Shown piece by piece: positions 13,156 through 26,075 of a stretch of DNA of 64,000 bases. The position numbers and the translations under genes are program-made. The notes below the pieces were generated by a model that was not told where the DNA came from, made no database searches, and saw only the letters and a program-made list of their open reading frames with translations. The stretch comes from the human T2T-CHM13v2.0 reference genome, Homo sapiens: NCBI RefSeq assembly GCF_009914755.1, contig NC_060927.1; one strand, written 5' to 3'. How positions within the stretch are numbered: the stretch's first letter is position 1; the number at the start of each line of letters is the position of its first letter.

Positions 13156-14954
13156 AAGACGTCTTTTTAAAGGCAGCCGCTGGTAACTCTTTACCCTTAA
13201 AACTAATTTCTACCTTTCTAAAATTACTCAAAGCATAGAGAAGCAGCCTGGGAACAGTTGATTTGCTGTTAGGTCTTTATAACCCTAGCCCAGAGCTAGC
13301 CATGATGAAACGTTTGTTTGCCTTCATGAAGGTAAGAAACAAACTTTTCTTGTTCTTCATGGAGGCAATAGTGCCTAAAACTGTAACTGACACATTGCAG
13401 ATATACAATGGCTATTCCAGTATAAGTGTATTGAGATACATAAGTAGGTTTAGAAGTGGAATTGGTCTTCTAATAACTTGAGTATTCATTGGAAATAAAA
13501 AGGAATGCTAAACTGACCTGTAAGCAAAATTGTCTGGGGTAGCTCTGCCTCTTTATTTCTCTTTGCCTATAAGAATGTGGACCCAGCAGCAGAGGTTAAG
13601 TATTTGTGGGTCTTAATTCAGTTCCCAGTAGGATGCTGGAATAAAAGAAACCTTTCTTCTTGTCAATAATCGTTCAGTGGAGATATGGTCAAAGATTGCA
13701 TTCCTCCCGTAAAGAATATAAGGAAATTGACTTGCCAGCAGCTTCCAGCCCTATATCTGTTAATCTCTATTATTTATGTATTTTTCTTGTCCAAGTTAGG
13801 AAGGACCAGAGAAATCTAGTAACTTGGCCCTATTTTCTAACTTGCTTTGAATGATTAGACAGAGCTTTGAATATAGAAAGAATTTTGCTGTTGTGTGGAT
13901 TAAAGCTCACAGTGGGTTTTAAAAATAGAGGAAAATCAGATTTCCTGCTCTCCTTCTACATCTTAACTCATAGCTTTTGCCTGAAATTACACTGGTTTAC
14001 TTATGACTATATTCAGTAGGTATCTCAAAATAACTATTGACCTTGGGTTGATGGGTTGGTATATTTCTTTTAAATACATTGGATAGCATTTGAAAATTCT
14101 GGTTCTAAATACCACTTCTCAATTAATCTTTTAAAATTAATTAATTGACCCATATTTGTCCTATTATGAATCAGATGCTAAGGTTGCTGACATAGAGAAA
14201 TGTTCAAGAGCTCGTTTGGAAAAGGAGATAGATAGTTCATCATATCGTGCTTTGCAAACATATCACTTAAAAATGTGGCAAACTACTATATGTCAAGGAT
14301 TATGTAATCATGAGGAGAAATTTAAGGTGCAGATAAAAGAGTTGATAGTCAGTGAAAAGTGAGATAAGGCAGGGGGCAGTGGAATCCATGCTATTTACTG
14401 ATTAAACTCAGACTTTTTCCGTAAGCAGGGTGTTTGATGCTGCTGTAATTAGAAATTCTTATTAAAATAACCTCTGTATCTCTCCTAAAAAAGGCCTACT
14501 TTTCATATCTGTTGCAAAATGCCAGTGAAGGTAAATTCTTTCCAGTTTTATGAGAAATTGAATACATTTGATAGTTGGGTGTCTTCTCAAAATATTATTA
14601 TATTTTTTTTTTGTAAGAAGCTGGTGACAGAAGCTTGAACTAGAGTCACAGAGCTTGTCTAAGCTTGCTAGGAAAAGCACATTCACATCCCAGGTTTTAC
14701 TTACAGGCTGAACATTACACACACCTGTCTTTGGAGACAGGGGTCTGAGTCCAGGTATTCTTGAGTCTTAAGTCTGTACCCAGTGGAAAGGTCTCTTTCC
14801 TTTAAAACCATAAGTAAGTCAGCACAACTGGCAGTGTCTGCCCAGGACATGTCAAGGGAGATTGGCTCAAATATTAGATCTGTTTCTGCTTTGGAGGAAG
14901 GGAAATAAAAGCAGTCTTAGAAAATAGCTGCAGAAAATGACAAGATAAAGGAAG

Positions 14955-15125
14955 GAACATGGTATAATGAAGTGAATACCAGACTAGGAGTCAGGCAATC
15001 TGAGTTCCAGTGTCAGCCCCACCAACTGAGATTGGAAAGATATCAATTAAGCATCAGATTGTTTTTGAAAAGATAACAACAAAACCTTCCTTATAGACTT
15101 GTAGCACTAACAAGAAAAGTGTGTG
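14955..15125 (+). mobile_element. MIR
   Basis: catggtataatg...agactaggagtcaggcaatctgagttccagt. Confidence 0.6.
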
Positions 15126-17190
15126 TGCATACATGTACATACATGTACATATAGGCATAAACAAGTATGAATTCACATGCACACACAGGACCGCATTGCA
15201 GGTGGTTCACAATTGCTTCTCTGTTCTTCTTGAAAGCGTAATTTGATCATTTGTCAAGGAAGAAGACTCGCCTTGCCTCCCTCCCTCACTAAGCTGCTAT
15301 GAATTTCTTGCACAAATACCAGACACTAGTAAAAGATAATTGCTGTATTCACTTTTTTCAGTCTATGCTTTCAAATCTCTGTGTCTAGGGCACTAGCTTA
15401 GAATGGTGGATGCTATATTTCACAGCAAAATCCCTGTCTTCCCTGTCCTGATGGACCTTCTAGCCCACCTGAGCAAACAAGGCAGAGACTCCTGTAGAGT
15501 TAAACAGCAACCTGAGAATGAAGTGCAAGTATGGGACTGCCATCTGCTTTATATTATATCTTCAGAATAACTCCAGACCCTTCACGATCTGCTTTTCAGC
15601 TCTTTGTAACCTGCTTCTTTTTGACCTGCAAGACTGTCCTACTAACCCCACCAGATATTTTAATTTTCTGTAGTAGTCCCGACCTTTTTGGCCTCAACGA
15701 ATTAGATTGTGTCATCCACCTCTCATTCAGATTGTGGAAATCCTGCCCTTCAAAAGAAACTAAGTTTGAATGTTTTCTGTGTATTTTCATCTGTATTTCA
15801 TCTTTTATTTTTGCATTATTTAGAAATACTCTCCCTCTTTTGAGTGTATTCCATGACTTTATGGGGTTCTTTTATAAATTACCTGCTCGTGCCCTTTACC
15901 ACTTTTATACCTCATTGTTCTTTTTTTCCATTTTTAAAGTGTTAAGTCTGGCTATTCATTCCCGTTCTCCAGAAGACCATTAGAAAAACCTGTTGATCAA
16001 GCAAAACTTAGCATCTTAAGCCTATTGCATAAGGAAGAAGGCCACATTGATAGAATATCTGTCATGTCTTGAAAAAGGGGATTCAGAGGTAACAGTGATT
16101 TAGGATCTGCTGTGGATGATTTGAAGCTGATCTTGCAAGGGGGAGAACTGCATGAAATGAGACTGAGTTTATGACATAATGGTGTTGGAATTGTGGACAT
16201 AGCAAGGTGAGTCTCTTGAAGTGACTCTCGATGAGGAAGCTCTCAGTCTTGAAAAGGATGCTATTTTATTTAGTTGAAAGCCTTATCTTCCAGAGTTGCA
16301 TTTGCTGGAGCAAGGAGCTAAGTTATTTTTGCTAGTTCTCAGTCTTCTTTTACACAGGGACAGTGAAAGCGTATGATTAGTTTTATATGTCAAACCTAAT
16401 AGCGATGGTCTTTATACATTTTATAAAAATATAACTTTCTTTCTTTCCTTTTTCTTTTTAGCTTTAAAAGCTGTCCCTCCAAAAGATGAGTTTGGGGACA
16501 AGGAGTCAACATGTTGTTTGTATTAAAGGTGATCCATTTGAGAGAATTTGAGTCTCAAGCAAAAGCAGGGTTTAATGTTAAGTAAACCTGAGGGTAGCAT
16601 GATCGTGGGAAACATAACTTGCTATCTCAAAAAAAAAAAAGCAGAAAAGGGGTAAACTTGAAGCATTTGGAAAAAAAAAGAGTTTGTTGGGGGGAAAGAG
16701 CAGTTGTGAATACAAAACAGGGAACTTCAGTGAAGCCAATTTGGCTCTGATTAAAGGTAACCCAGAGGTGGGGCAGAATATAACCCGAGCCAGTGGGTCC
16801 ATCTGTTGGCCTCCAAAAGTGTTCCTGTTTTGCTAGAAATAAGATAGATTCCTTCTGGGGATGGCCTGTTTGCAGGGTATTAGTCTTGTACATGTTAATG
16901 TTGACATCTCAGGAATAAATATTGTACTTTCCCGAAAGGGTGTTTTTGAGTAATGTGTAAGAATGTAAATGAGGACCATGGCATACATAGCCTGCTAGCT
17001 TGTCAATGTTGTTTTTTATAAGCTGGTGATATTAGTAGTAATTTTCACCATGAATGTCTCTGATTGAAGTTCTCATGAAATACTCCTGAGGTTATCAAAG
17101 CATCTCATTAAATTGAATTCTTAAGTAATGAACCAACATGTGTAATAATCATATGAAAACTTAAAACACTGGAAATTACCAATGCTTTAA

Positions 17191-17352
17191 AATTTTTTTC
17201 CCTAAGAGATGGGGTCTTGCTCTGTCATCCGGGCTGGATGCAGTGGTGCTATCACAGCTCACTGCAGCCTCAAACTCCTTAATTCAAGCAATCCTCCTTC
17301 CTCAGCCTCCTGAGTAGCTGGGGACTACAGTCACTCATCACCATTCTCAGCC
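17191..17352 (-). mobile_element. Alu monomer (FRAM-like / AluJ right arm)
   Basis: Single Alu arm with AluJ-type diagnostics. 17-bp TSD aattaccaatgctttaa (17174-17190) / aactaccaatgctttaa (17353-17369). Confidence 0.92.
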
Positions 17353-18298
17353 AACTACCAATGCTTTAACTTAAGCAAAGCAGTACCAGCTTCTGAATGA
17401 AACTGCTTCTTCCATCCTAATGCATATATTTGAGTTTTTATTTACTTTTAAAATATATACATTGGTAGGAAATGTTGTAAGGCCATATTTTTCTCTCTTT
17501 TTAATCTAAGGCTTTTGCATGTCCACTTACTTTAAAATTGCATATCCTCTCACACAAAATTATATAGTTCATGGGCATTACATTTTCTTAAATATTATGC
17601 AAGACCTAAGAACATTATCTACATATCAGGAATTCTCTTGTCAGTCCCTGACAAATTATATTCTGAATAGTTTAAGCAATTATTTTAAATTTTAGTACTT
17701 GTGTAACTTATATTTATGACATATGAGTGTTAGGTGTTTTTAGTAGACACATTTGAAACAATCCCCTAGTACTGATATCCTTTCGGTTATCTAATTTAGT
17801 GAATTAAAGAATATCTCATGATTGCAACTGTTTTTTAAAAAAATACAAATAAGAGAAAAAAAGCTGTTACCATTGTCAAGGAATACTTTGAAAATCAAAA
17901 TTTGCTTGGCTTTATGCTATAACAATAAACACAGTAATAATTGAGATGTTGAGTCCAAAAGAGGCTACTTTTTATCAAAACACCCACATACAAAGTTTGT
18001 GTTCATCTAAAGATTCCCAATTTTGTTACTAATTTAATAATACAATGGCATAAGTCATAAATTATTTTATTCTAATAGAATACTGTTTTCTCATGGAAGA
18101 GTTCAATGAGAAAAAATGCCATCACAAAATGTTTAAAGATCGTTGCACTTTGTGGATGGAGTAAGAAGATTCCTACTGACTCCAATTCTCTTTCAGAGAA
18201 ATCAATCCATAGAAAGAGATATACCAGAAGGCATGGAGAAAACCTTCCACAGGGTGTGCCTCTGGTCTGGGCTACATGATCTCCAATATTTTTAAAAG

Positions 18299-18480
18299 AG
18301 TAATTCTCAACCTTACCGTCAATTGGAATTATTTCCGGGGGAACATTTAAAAATACTGATACCTAAATCTCAAGCCCAGGAGAATCTCAATTTCTTTGGC
18401 TTGGTAGACATACTAAATACTAGGAATTTTAAAAGCTCCCTAGGTGACTCCAATATGCAGACAAAGCTAACAACTCCTGG
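18299..18480. mobile_element. MER5A-like hAT-Charlie MITE
   Basis: agtaattctcaacctt...tttaaaaatactgatacct...ttttaaaagctccctaggtgactccaatatgcag. Confidence 0.75.
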
Positions 18481-18604
18481 TTAAAGGGGTCTTAGTTGTC
18501 AGTTTTGAGGAGGCCATTCCATATGCTGAAAGTTTACTTTCTATTTCTACTAAAACCTCTGTGGAAGCAGAATGTTGACCCTAAAATAATGACCAAAAAC
18601 CTAA

Positions 18605-18800
18605 CATAATGTTAACATTTATTGAGGCTTCCAATTCACCTGCCTCAGGAACCTTATAAGGTAGTGACTACTGAATTTCATTGATTTAAAAAATTGAGGC
18701 TCAAAGAGGTTTAAGAACTTATACAAGGTCACCCAGTTCATAAATAGTGCTGCTTGGCTTTTTACCCAGGTATATTTATCCCATCTTAAATTCAGGTCAT
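18605..18800 (-). mobile_element. MIR
   Basis: aacatttattgag...aaattgaggctcaaagaggtttaagaacttatacaaggtcacccag. Confidence 0.75.
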
Positions 18801-20464
18801 ACAATGCTATTTGATCTGAAATTATGCACAAGAGAAAAATATTATTAGTCAGTGCTTTACAAATAGCAGAATGTGTTGATGGGTAAAAACAGAATCCTGA
18901 TCTTTCTGAAAAGAAAGTAACTTGTTTCTCCTTAGAAACCCTGTGCTTGAGCAAAGTACTTCTGTACATCAACTAATACCCAGAAGGCTCACTGGAGTGT
19001 GTGTATCTGCTTGAGTGCTGATTTAGAAAGTGACCATGATAAATAATCAGAATTGACTACATGGCAGCAAATATTAATCAATTCCTTCCATAATGCCTCC
19101 TAAGAGACTTTGTTACTAGTTTTCCAAGTACTTAGATTACAGAAAGGGAGGGCAAATCAATATTACAAAAAGTCAATGCAACCAATATGTCTTTGTCTTA
19201 ATGTAACAGCTAAGCAGATATGCATTATATCTTGCCTGATGATCTGGAAAGTAATATCATTCCCATTTTGTAGGGCAGATTCCAGAGAAGTTAGAACAGA
19301 TACGGTTTTGTCCATACCAGTGTCCAATTTTATCGCTCTATTCTTTTGCCATCTGTTTCTCCACTTCCCCCACTCCTGTTGATTTTCCTTGAAAGTTCTA
19401 CTTTTACTTCAATTTCATTTTAAATTCTTTTAGCTCTCTATATCTCAGGCTTAATCCAAAGGAGAGTAGTATATGTGTGTGGGAGTGTTTTCCTCCTGTC
19501 AGCCAACACTGTGTATAAATCTGGACCCAAGGTTACTCTTCATTTTAAAGACTATATTGTAACCTGTGATCACTATTATGAGGTTGGGTAAAAATTGAGT
19601 TTTTCCTTTTAATGGCTAGTGATTCGGGACAGAAGAAAACAAAGGGATATTTTCCTTTCAATTTGTGGTCTTTGTGTACTGTTAGAACAACAGGGTGGGT
19701 AATTCTCGCAAGCACCTGAAGAATAGGAGTAATAAACCTTCAAAGAAAATCCTCTGTTATGAGGCTAAAGCCTAGGATTTCCCAGTCTTATGGTTGGCTA
19801 AGATACAAGTTATGATTCTCTGACTACAGGTCAAATAGCCCAGAGATACTGAATTCAGATAGGTGCGACTGATTTATATGAGGATGATTTTGGTCTACCT
19901 GTTTTTTAGACCAAAATGAGAAAAGAGAAACTGCAAAGCAAGGCAATAATATGTTGTTCGTCCTGCTCAGCTTGACTGTAACTGTCAAGGCCCGGCTAGA
20001 AAAGTCCATATTGTCTCTGTTTATGTATTAGGGGATCTTTTCATCAGATCAATGCATTTGTGACTTTTCAAAGTCCTTGAGTAATCTAGAGAAACAAACT
20101 GATTCAAGATGCGATATCATCTGAACCTGTATAGAAAGGACTCATGTCCTGTGTGGTGGTTGGCCATGTGAAATGGGCTGCTTAATGGCAATTCAGTACA
20201 AGAGCAGGTACCACGAGTCATAAATCTACTTGCAACATAAGCCAGGAGTCTAGCCAAGGCATTTAGCCTCTCTGAGCTCTGGTCATCTGAGCTGGGGGAT
20301 CTCCCCACAATCTACTTTCAGTTGATTACCTTACAAAAGAGAAACATGCTTTTCAACTTGATGCAAGTATGAAGCGGTATTTTTTTGTAGGAACCTAATG
20401 AATTTCACCATGGGATACATTTGTCTTTGAAAAATAATATTAGCACTGCCACAGGATAGAACAG

Positions 20465-20824
20465 TGATATGGTTTGGCTGTGTCCCCACCCAAATCTCAT
20501 CTTGAATTATAATCCCCATAATCCTCACGTGTTGTGGAAGGGACCAGGTGGCAGGTAATTCTATCACGGGGGTAGTTTCTCCCATGCTGTTCCCATGATA
20601 GTGAGTGAGTTCTCTCAAGATCTGTTGGTTTTATAAGTGTCTGTCATTTCCCCTGCTGGCCTTCACTCTCTCTCCTGCCACCCTGTGAAGAGGTGCCTTC
20701 CACCATGATTGTAAGTTTCCTGAGGCCTCCCCAGCCATGTGGATTTGTGAGTCGATTAAACCCTTTTCCTTTATAAATTACTCTGTCTCAGGTATTCAAA
20801 GCAGCATGAGAACAGACTAATACA
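20465..20824 (+). mobile_element. THE1 (ERVL-MaLR) solo LTR, THE1C-like
   Basis: tgatatggtttggctgtgtccccacccaaatctc ... gactaataca; TG..CA termini; 5-bp TSD aacag/aatag. Confidence 0.95.
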
Positions 20825-21869
20825 AATAGTATGAACCTACTCAGCTAAGAGTGCCAAATATGAAAGCAAAGGACCATGTAGTCAAGGCAAGTCCTTGGCC
20901 TCAAGAAAACAGCTATTCACTTCTTTTTTCTTCTCCTTTGGGAAGCTCTGTTCAGGAAATGGGAAAAATTGGCTCAGGAGGAAGTTCTGGGTTTAATCTG
21001 ACTGATGTAATTGATTTGGTGCCTGCAGCTCCATTGCTGAATTGATGTGACCCTCCCTCCTCGTCTTTACAGATAAAGCCAAGATGTCAGGGCAGATTAC
21101 CTCCATGGCTCCTTTCTGCTTTACAGGTTGAATTTAAGCCATAATGCTCGCAAATGGAAAACTAGAAAGGTGGAAGGAGGACAACAACAAGTACTCTGCT
21201 CATCCTTCATTCCAGTCTTCCAAAAATACTTGGAAATAAAGTGAATAAAATTCTGTTAAAACATTTTGACACAGGTCCCCTTCAATTCTGAATAAACACA
21301 ATGTTAGTTTCCTTTAAGTTGTAGGTTAAAAAATTGCTTTGTTTCCTAAAAATTCAATAAAGAAGTAGCATTCAGTATTTGAAAGAAAATATGAATATTT
21401 ATAAACAACGCTTGAAGCTGTTTTTCCTTAAGCAACATAGGCACTCATTCATTCAGAAAGCTTGTTGCTTTGCAGCATATTAATTTATAGTCCACATGCC
21501 TAGCTGCAGGAGGATACAAAATGCTCTGCAGGAATTGGTGGTTTTCAATTACAGTATTAGTCAGACAAATGATATATTTTTTTCAGTTTACCTTCTCTTG
21601 ACTCTAACATTAGCCACATGAAGAGTACAATAATACTACCTCACATGTTTCCTGAAGTATAGGCAATTTTTAAATGGAATTTTGCTCATAATGTGCACTG
21701 GACGGGGAGATTTTCTCCAAAGAATTTTTATATTAAGATCTTTCTTGGAGCCTTTGTAGTGCATGTGGCCAGGACCTGTCAGTTTTAAATCTAAATACTT
21801 TAGGATAATTATAAACCAAGAGAAAATGATTTTTTTTTTTTAACTTTTCAAACATATAGGATAGACTGA

Positions 21870-22030
21870 ATGCTGCTCCAAGTTTGGTGTGTGGCCTCCC
21901 TTTATCAGAAATTCCAGGCCTGGTTGTTAAAAACTCAGATATCTGGGCCTGATTTCAGACTCAAAATTAGAACATATTAGAGTAGAGACTTAAAAAATAG
22001 CATTTTAAACAACATTCAGGTAGTTCACAG
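21870..22030. mobile_element. MER5-like hAT MITE
   Basis: gttgttaaaaactcagatatctgggcc...gcattttaaacaacattcaggtagttc. Confidence 0.6.
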
Positions 22031-22309
22031 AACAGGGATGTTGCTGAGAGAATGGGATTCGAAGAAAGATTATGTATGGATTGATTATGCAAGTTCAAAA
22101 ACACAGCAAAGAGAAAAACCTAGGGAGCCTCTGGGCAGCTTCGCGGCTACTTCAATAAACCTAGACAAATCCCTTCACCCTTTTGATGTTTTGTTTCCTC
22201 CTCTGTACAGTGGACAGCTAAGTCTAGAGATATTGCTGCACGTTTTTGCCTCTTACATGATGGCTGAGTGGCTCCCAGACATTTTCCAGCGAAGTTTAGC
22301 TGCTCGTCT

Positions 22310-22480
22310 CTGTGATTCTTACTACTCCCATGTGAAGTGGCTATTACCCTTACTCCTATTTCATAAGTGAGAGAGCAGAGAATAAGAGAAGTAAAGTGAC
22401 TTGCTGAAACTTGCAGCTACTAGGACAAAAGCCAGAATCCATTGCTCTGATTCCCAGTCACATTCTCTACAATTCAACCA
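22310..22480 (-). mobile_element. MIR
   Basis: gagaagtaaagtgacttgctgaaacttgcagctacta...tctgattcccagtc. Confidence 0.6.
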
Positions 22481-22847
22481 TAAATCAGTGTTAAATACAA
22501 GGCTTATATTTGAGGAGCATCACATATTCAAAATTGTATTTTATTGCAGAATTTTAAAATATTTTTGTTTATAGACTTCCTGAAATGGAGACTCACAGTT
22601 TCAAATTACTGCTGGTGGATATATTTTGGAAGGGTAAAAGATGATCCTGAGAATCTTGTCTAGCAACCCAATAATGCATAGTGTGGTATTCAGGAGGCTG
22701 GAATTATGTACTTTGATACAAATTCTGTAGGAGTTTCTTGAAGTTGCCTTCATGAGAATTCGGTAGGAATGTTAAATCCATAGAGTGATAAAGTCCCATG
22801 GCTTGTATGGTCATTCTTGATTTAAAAAAAATTGGGATAGCTATTTT

Positions 22848-23337
22848 TGCCAAGACCAGCTTGGTCGGGGAGACCCTAACCCAGCGGCGCTAGAGGAATT
22901 AAAGACACACACACAGAAATATAGAGCTGTGAAGTGGGAAATCAAGGGTCTCACAGCCTTCAGAGCTGAGAGCCCGAACAGAGATTTACCCACGTGTTTA
23001 TTAACAGCAAACCAGTCATTAGCATTGCTTCTATAGATGTTAAATTAACAAAAAGTATCCCTCATGGGAAAGGAAGGGATGGGCCGAATTAATTGCAGCA
23101 AGAACACGCCCTTAAGACACAGATCTCTCATGTTATTGTTTGTGGCTTAAGAATGCCTTTAAGCAGTTTTCCACCCTGGGCGGGCCAGGTGTTCCTTGTC
23201 CTCATTCCCGTAAACCCACAACCTTCCAGCTTGGGTGTTAGGGCCGTTATGGACATGTTACAGTGCTGCAGAGATTTTATTTATGGCCAGTTTTGGAGCC
23301 AGTTTATGGCCAGACTTTGGGGGGCTTGCTCCCAACA
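22848..23337 (-). mobile_element. MER9 solo LTR (ERVK, HERV-K9/HML-3)
   Basis: Reverse strand reads tgttgggagcaagcccccc...ctggccataaa...aataaacacgtgggtaaatctctgttcggg...ctggtcttggca. TSD ATTTT at 22843-22847 and 23338-23342. Confidence 0.93.
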
Positions 23338-23342
23338 ATTTT

Positions 23343-23816
23343 GATCTCTAGGTGATAAATGAGAGAAACTGAGTTCAAAGTCGCTTAAGTAAAAAGGGAG
23401 CTTTATTGGCTCATATGGCTTAAAAGCACCTGATTAGTTGGCTTCTGGTACAGCTGGTTCTAGGAATTCAAAGGATGAAATCAGAAATCTGTTCTATTTC
23501 TTGGTTGTAGTTTCTTTTGCTTCATCAAATGAGTTATCCCTGTGATGTAATGGAAGGCATGCCAGCAAGTCAGGCTTGTATCCTCTCTTTTGTCAAATTG
23601 AGGGAAAAGAGAAGTTTCTCATTTTCATTATTTCATGAAATCATCAGGCTTAAATTGCCAGGAGGATGGGCATGTGCATATTGGCCGGGTGTAGGTTAAA
23701 TGTTCATTCCTGTTACCAGAGAGCAGGGAGGGGCAACCTAGACCACCTTCACCAAGAAAGGATGAAGAAGGGATGATCAATGCTGGAAGAACAAGCACGC
23801 CAGATGACCATAGCAA
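23343..23816 (-). mobile_element. Old MLT1 (MLT1J/K-like) LTR
   Basis: gagaaactgagttcaaagtcgcttaagtaaaaagggagctttattggctcat...ggcttctggtacagctggttctagg. Confidence 0.65.
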
Positions 23817-24370
23817 GTGTGCAGCCTCTAGCTCAAAAGAGGAGCTTGTTCAATATTAACTTACTGTCATTACTGTCTTCAATATTATCACCATTATTTT
23901 GCTAAAATACAACAACTACTGCTACGACAACTATAACCTTTAGACTACTGTTCAAGTCTTTCTTACAGAAATAAACGGTTTTAATAAAAGAATGAAAAGG
24001 AAAAACTTTGGGTGCTGGTTTATAAGTGGTGAATATACTTGGACTGGCATAATTAGGTCTGTCACCAGTTAGACAGGAATTATTAGATTTGAAGTCATAT
24101 GTGCCTTTTGAAACAAGGTCTGTCTCTCTGGACAAGGCTGACGGAAGTTTGACGAATGTACTCTGTGACATCGGGGTTCTCTACCTCCTTCCAATTCACA
24201 AGAGGTGTGTAAAAATAGTGTCTGTAGAATAAACTCTGATTGGAGAGATAAGAGAAAATTAAAATGCTTCAACATCATCCACATTTCCCAAATTTGTATT
24301 TTCTCATGTCACCAATACTGCATTACAAATTAGGTATTACCACTTCTCTTTTCAGAAGGGAAAACCTCCG

Positions 24371-24747
24371 TGATATGGTTTGCAGTGTCTCCACCCAAAT
24401 CTCCTCTTGAATTATGGTTTCTATTATCCCCACGTGTCGTGGGAGGGACCAGGTGGAGATAATTGAATCATGGAGGTGGCTTCCCGCATCCTGTTCTTGT
24501 GATAGTGAGTGAGTTCTCACGAGATCTGGTGGTTTTATAAGGGGCTTCCCGTTTCACTAGGCCCTCATTAATTCTCCTTCCTGCTGCCCTGTAAAGAAGG
24601 ATGTGTTTGCTTCCCCTTTCGCCATGATTGTGCGTTTCCTGAGGCCTCCCAGTCAAGCTAAACTGTGAGTCAATTACACCTCTTTCCTTTATGAATTACC
24701 CAGTCTCAGGTAGTATCTTTGCTTCAGTGTGATAACAGAGTAAGAAA
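24371..24747 (+). mobile_element. THE1 (ERVL-MaLR) solo LTR, THE1C/D-like
   Basis: tgatatggtttg...gggagggaccaggtggagataattgaatcatgg...aattacccagtctcagg; TSD ctccg/ctcag. Confidence 0.95.
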
Positions 24748-24771
24748 CTCAGTGTTAAGGGACTCACCTTA

Positions 24772-24885
24772 GTTCAATCATTCAGCAACCATGTATTGAG
24801 CTCATCCTAGGTGGTAAGCAGGAAGCTAGGACTGTAAACACTGCATATACGTACTCCTGCTCAATCATGGAGGTCCTAAGTTAGG
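24772..24885 (-). mobile_element. L2 3' end fragment
   Basis: ttcaatcattcagcaaccatgtattgagc. Confidence 0.55.
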
Positions 24886-25404
24886 AAAGTGGCATCCGGA
24901 CACCCGGACCTCTGTTTCTTTTTTCTAAATCACATGGCCGCAAAGAACAAAATTTGGAGACTATTACAGGTTAATAGAAATCACTCTATTCCTTAGAGAG
25001 GCTAGTTCTGTTTACAGCACTCTCTGACCATGTCCCACAGGGACAATTCCTACCATAATCTCCTTAAGAATTAGTTTCAGTTGAATTCTGTGTTTGTTTC
25101 TTTCATCAGGGAACTAATGCAGAAAATTAGCCAATGAGGGTGGTAGTGTTGAGCTATCGATTCTCCAACTGCCAGCTGGAGAACATATCAGGTAGCATAC
25201 CCGGTAGAAATTGGGAAGGAAGCAGGGCAGCTGAAAGGCTTGATTCTGACAGCAGCTGTCTGAAGGAGCATCATGTTATTGAAAACACGTCTGCAAAAGC
25301 AGGACACGCTACGAAAGGATTGTTGGGACATTCTCATACATCTAATGTGGAAAATCATACATACACTGTGAATGTTGCTCTCACATTATGGTATACTCAG
25401 ACTA

Positions 25405-25645
25405 TTAATAACATCTAAAGCCACATGCCTGGCTCCTTGCTGTTTTCCATGCCTTAGTTTATTTATCCCTATAGCAATCCTATGCACTGGTCACTTCTTT
25501 CATCCTATGAATTGATGCCACTTTGCAGATGAGGAAATTAATGCACAGAGAGGCTACGCAATTTTCCCAAAGTCTTCTTTAGGAAGTAAAGCTGGAGATT
25601 GAACTCAGGTAGCTTGTGTCTGGGGCCTGAGCTTATAAACCGTCC
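25405..25645 (-). mobile_element. MIR
   Basis: ccactttgcagatgaggaaattaatgcacagagagg...gctggagattgaactcaggt. Confidence 0.75.
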
Positions 25646-26075
25646 TGAAGTCTATTCCCTCCACCCCCCTGCCAAGAAATAGTATGTTTCTGTTGTGGTG
25701 TCAGTTTATGCAGACTTGGCTACATGCAATGTTTTAAGTTTTCATATAATGTGTTAAAATGTCTGATGTTAATAAAGGAGGTAAAAGGTAGAGTGTTAGA
25801 ATCTTTCAATAGACAGAGTTTAAAAGAAACCTATTTGGCCATGGTGGTATTTACCTTAAACAATGCATCCTTTCTGGGCTAGTATAGAGAATTCTGAGAC
25901 ATTTCAGTCTAAGTTTAATTTATGAAGAAGCTAAGAGACTTCACAAAGCTACTTAATCTTCTCATTATTTATTCAGCCACTATTTTTTTGAGGGATCTTT
26001 TATATTACATGTAAATCATGGTCGTGACTGGGGACACAAAGATGAATGCATTTAATGGCTACCCTTAAGAATCAG

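Noticed and set aside
21050-21170. Tandem splice acceptors (ctttacag twice)
   Set aside because: No convincing downstream donor; such motifs are frequent by chance.
20465-24747. The two THE1 LTRs as ends of one provirus
   Set aside because: Each has its own different TSD, and the interval holds MIR, MER5, MER9 and MLT1 rather than THE1 internal sequence.
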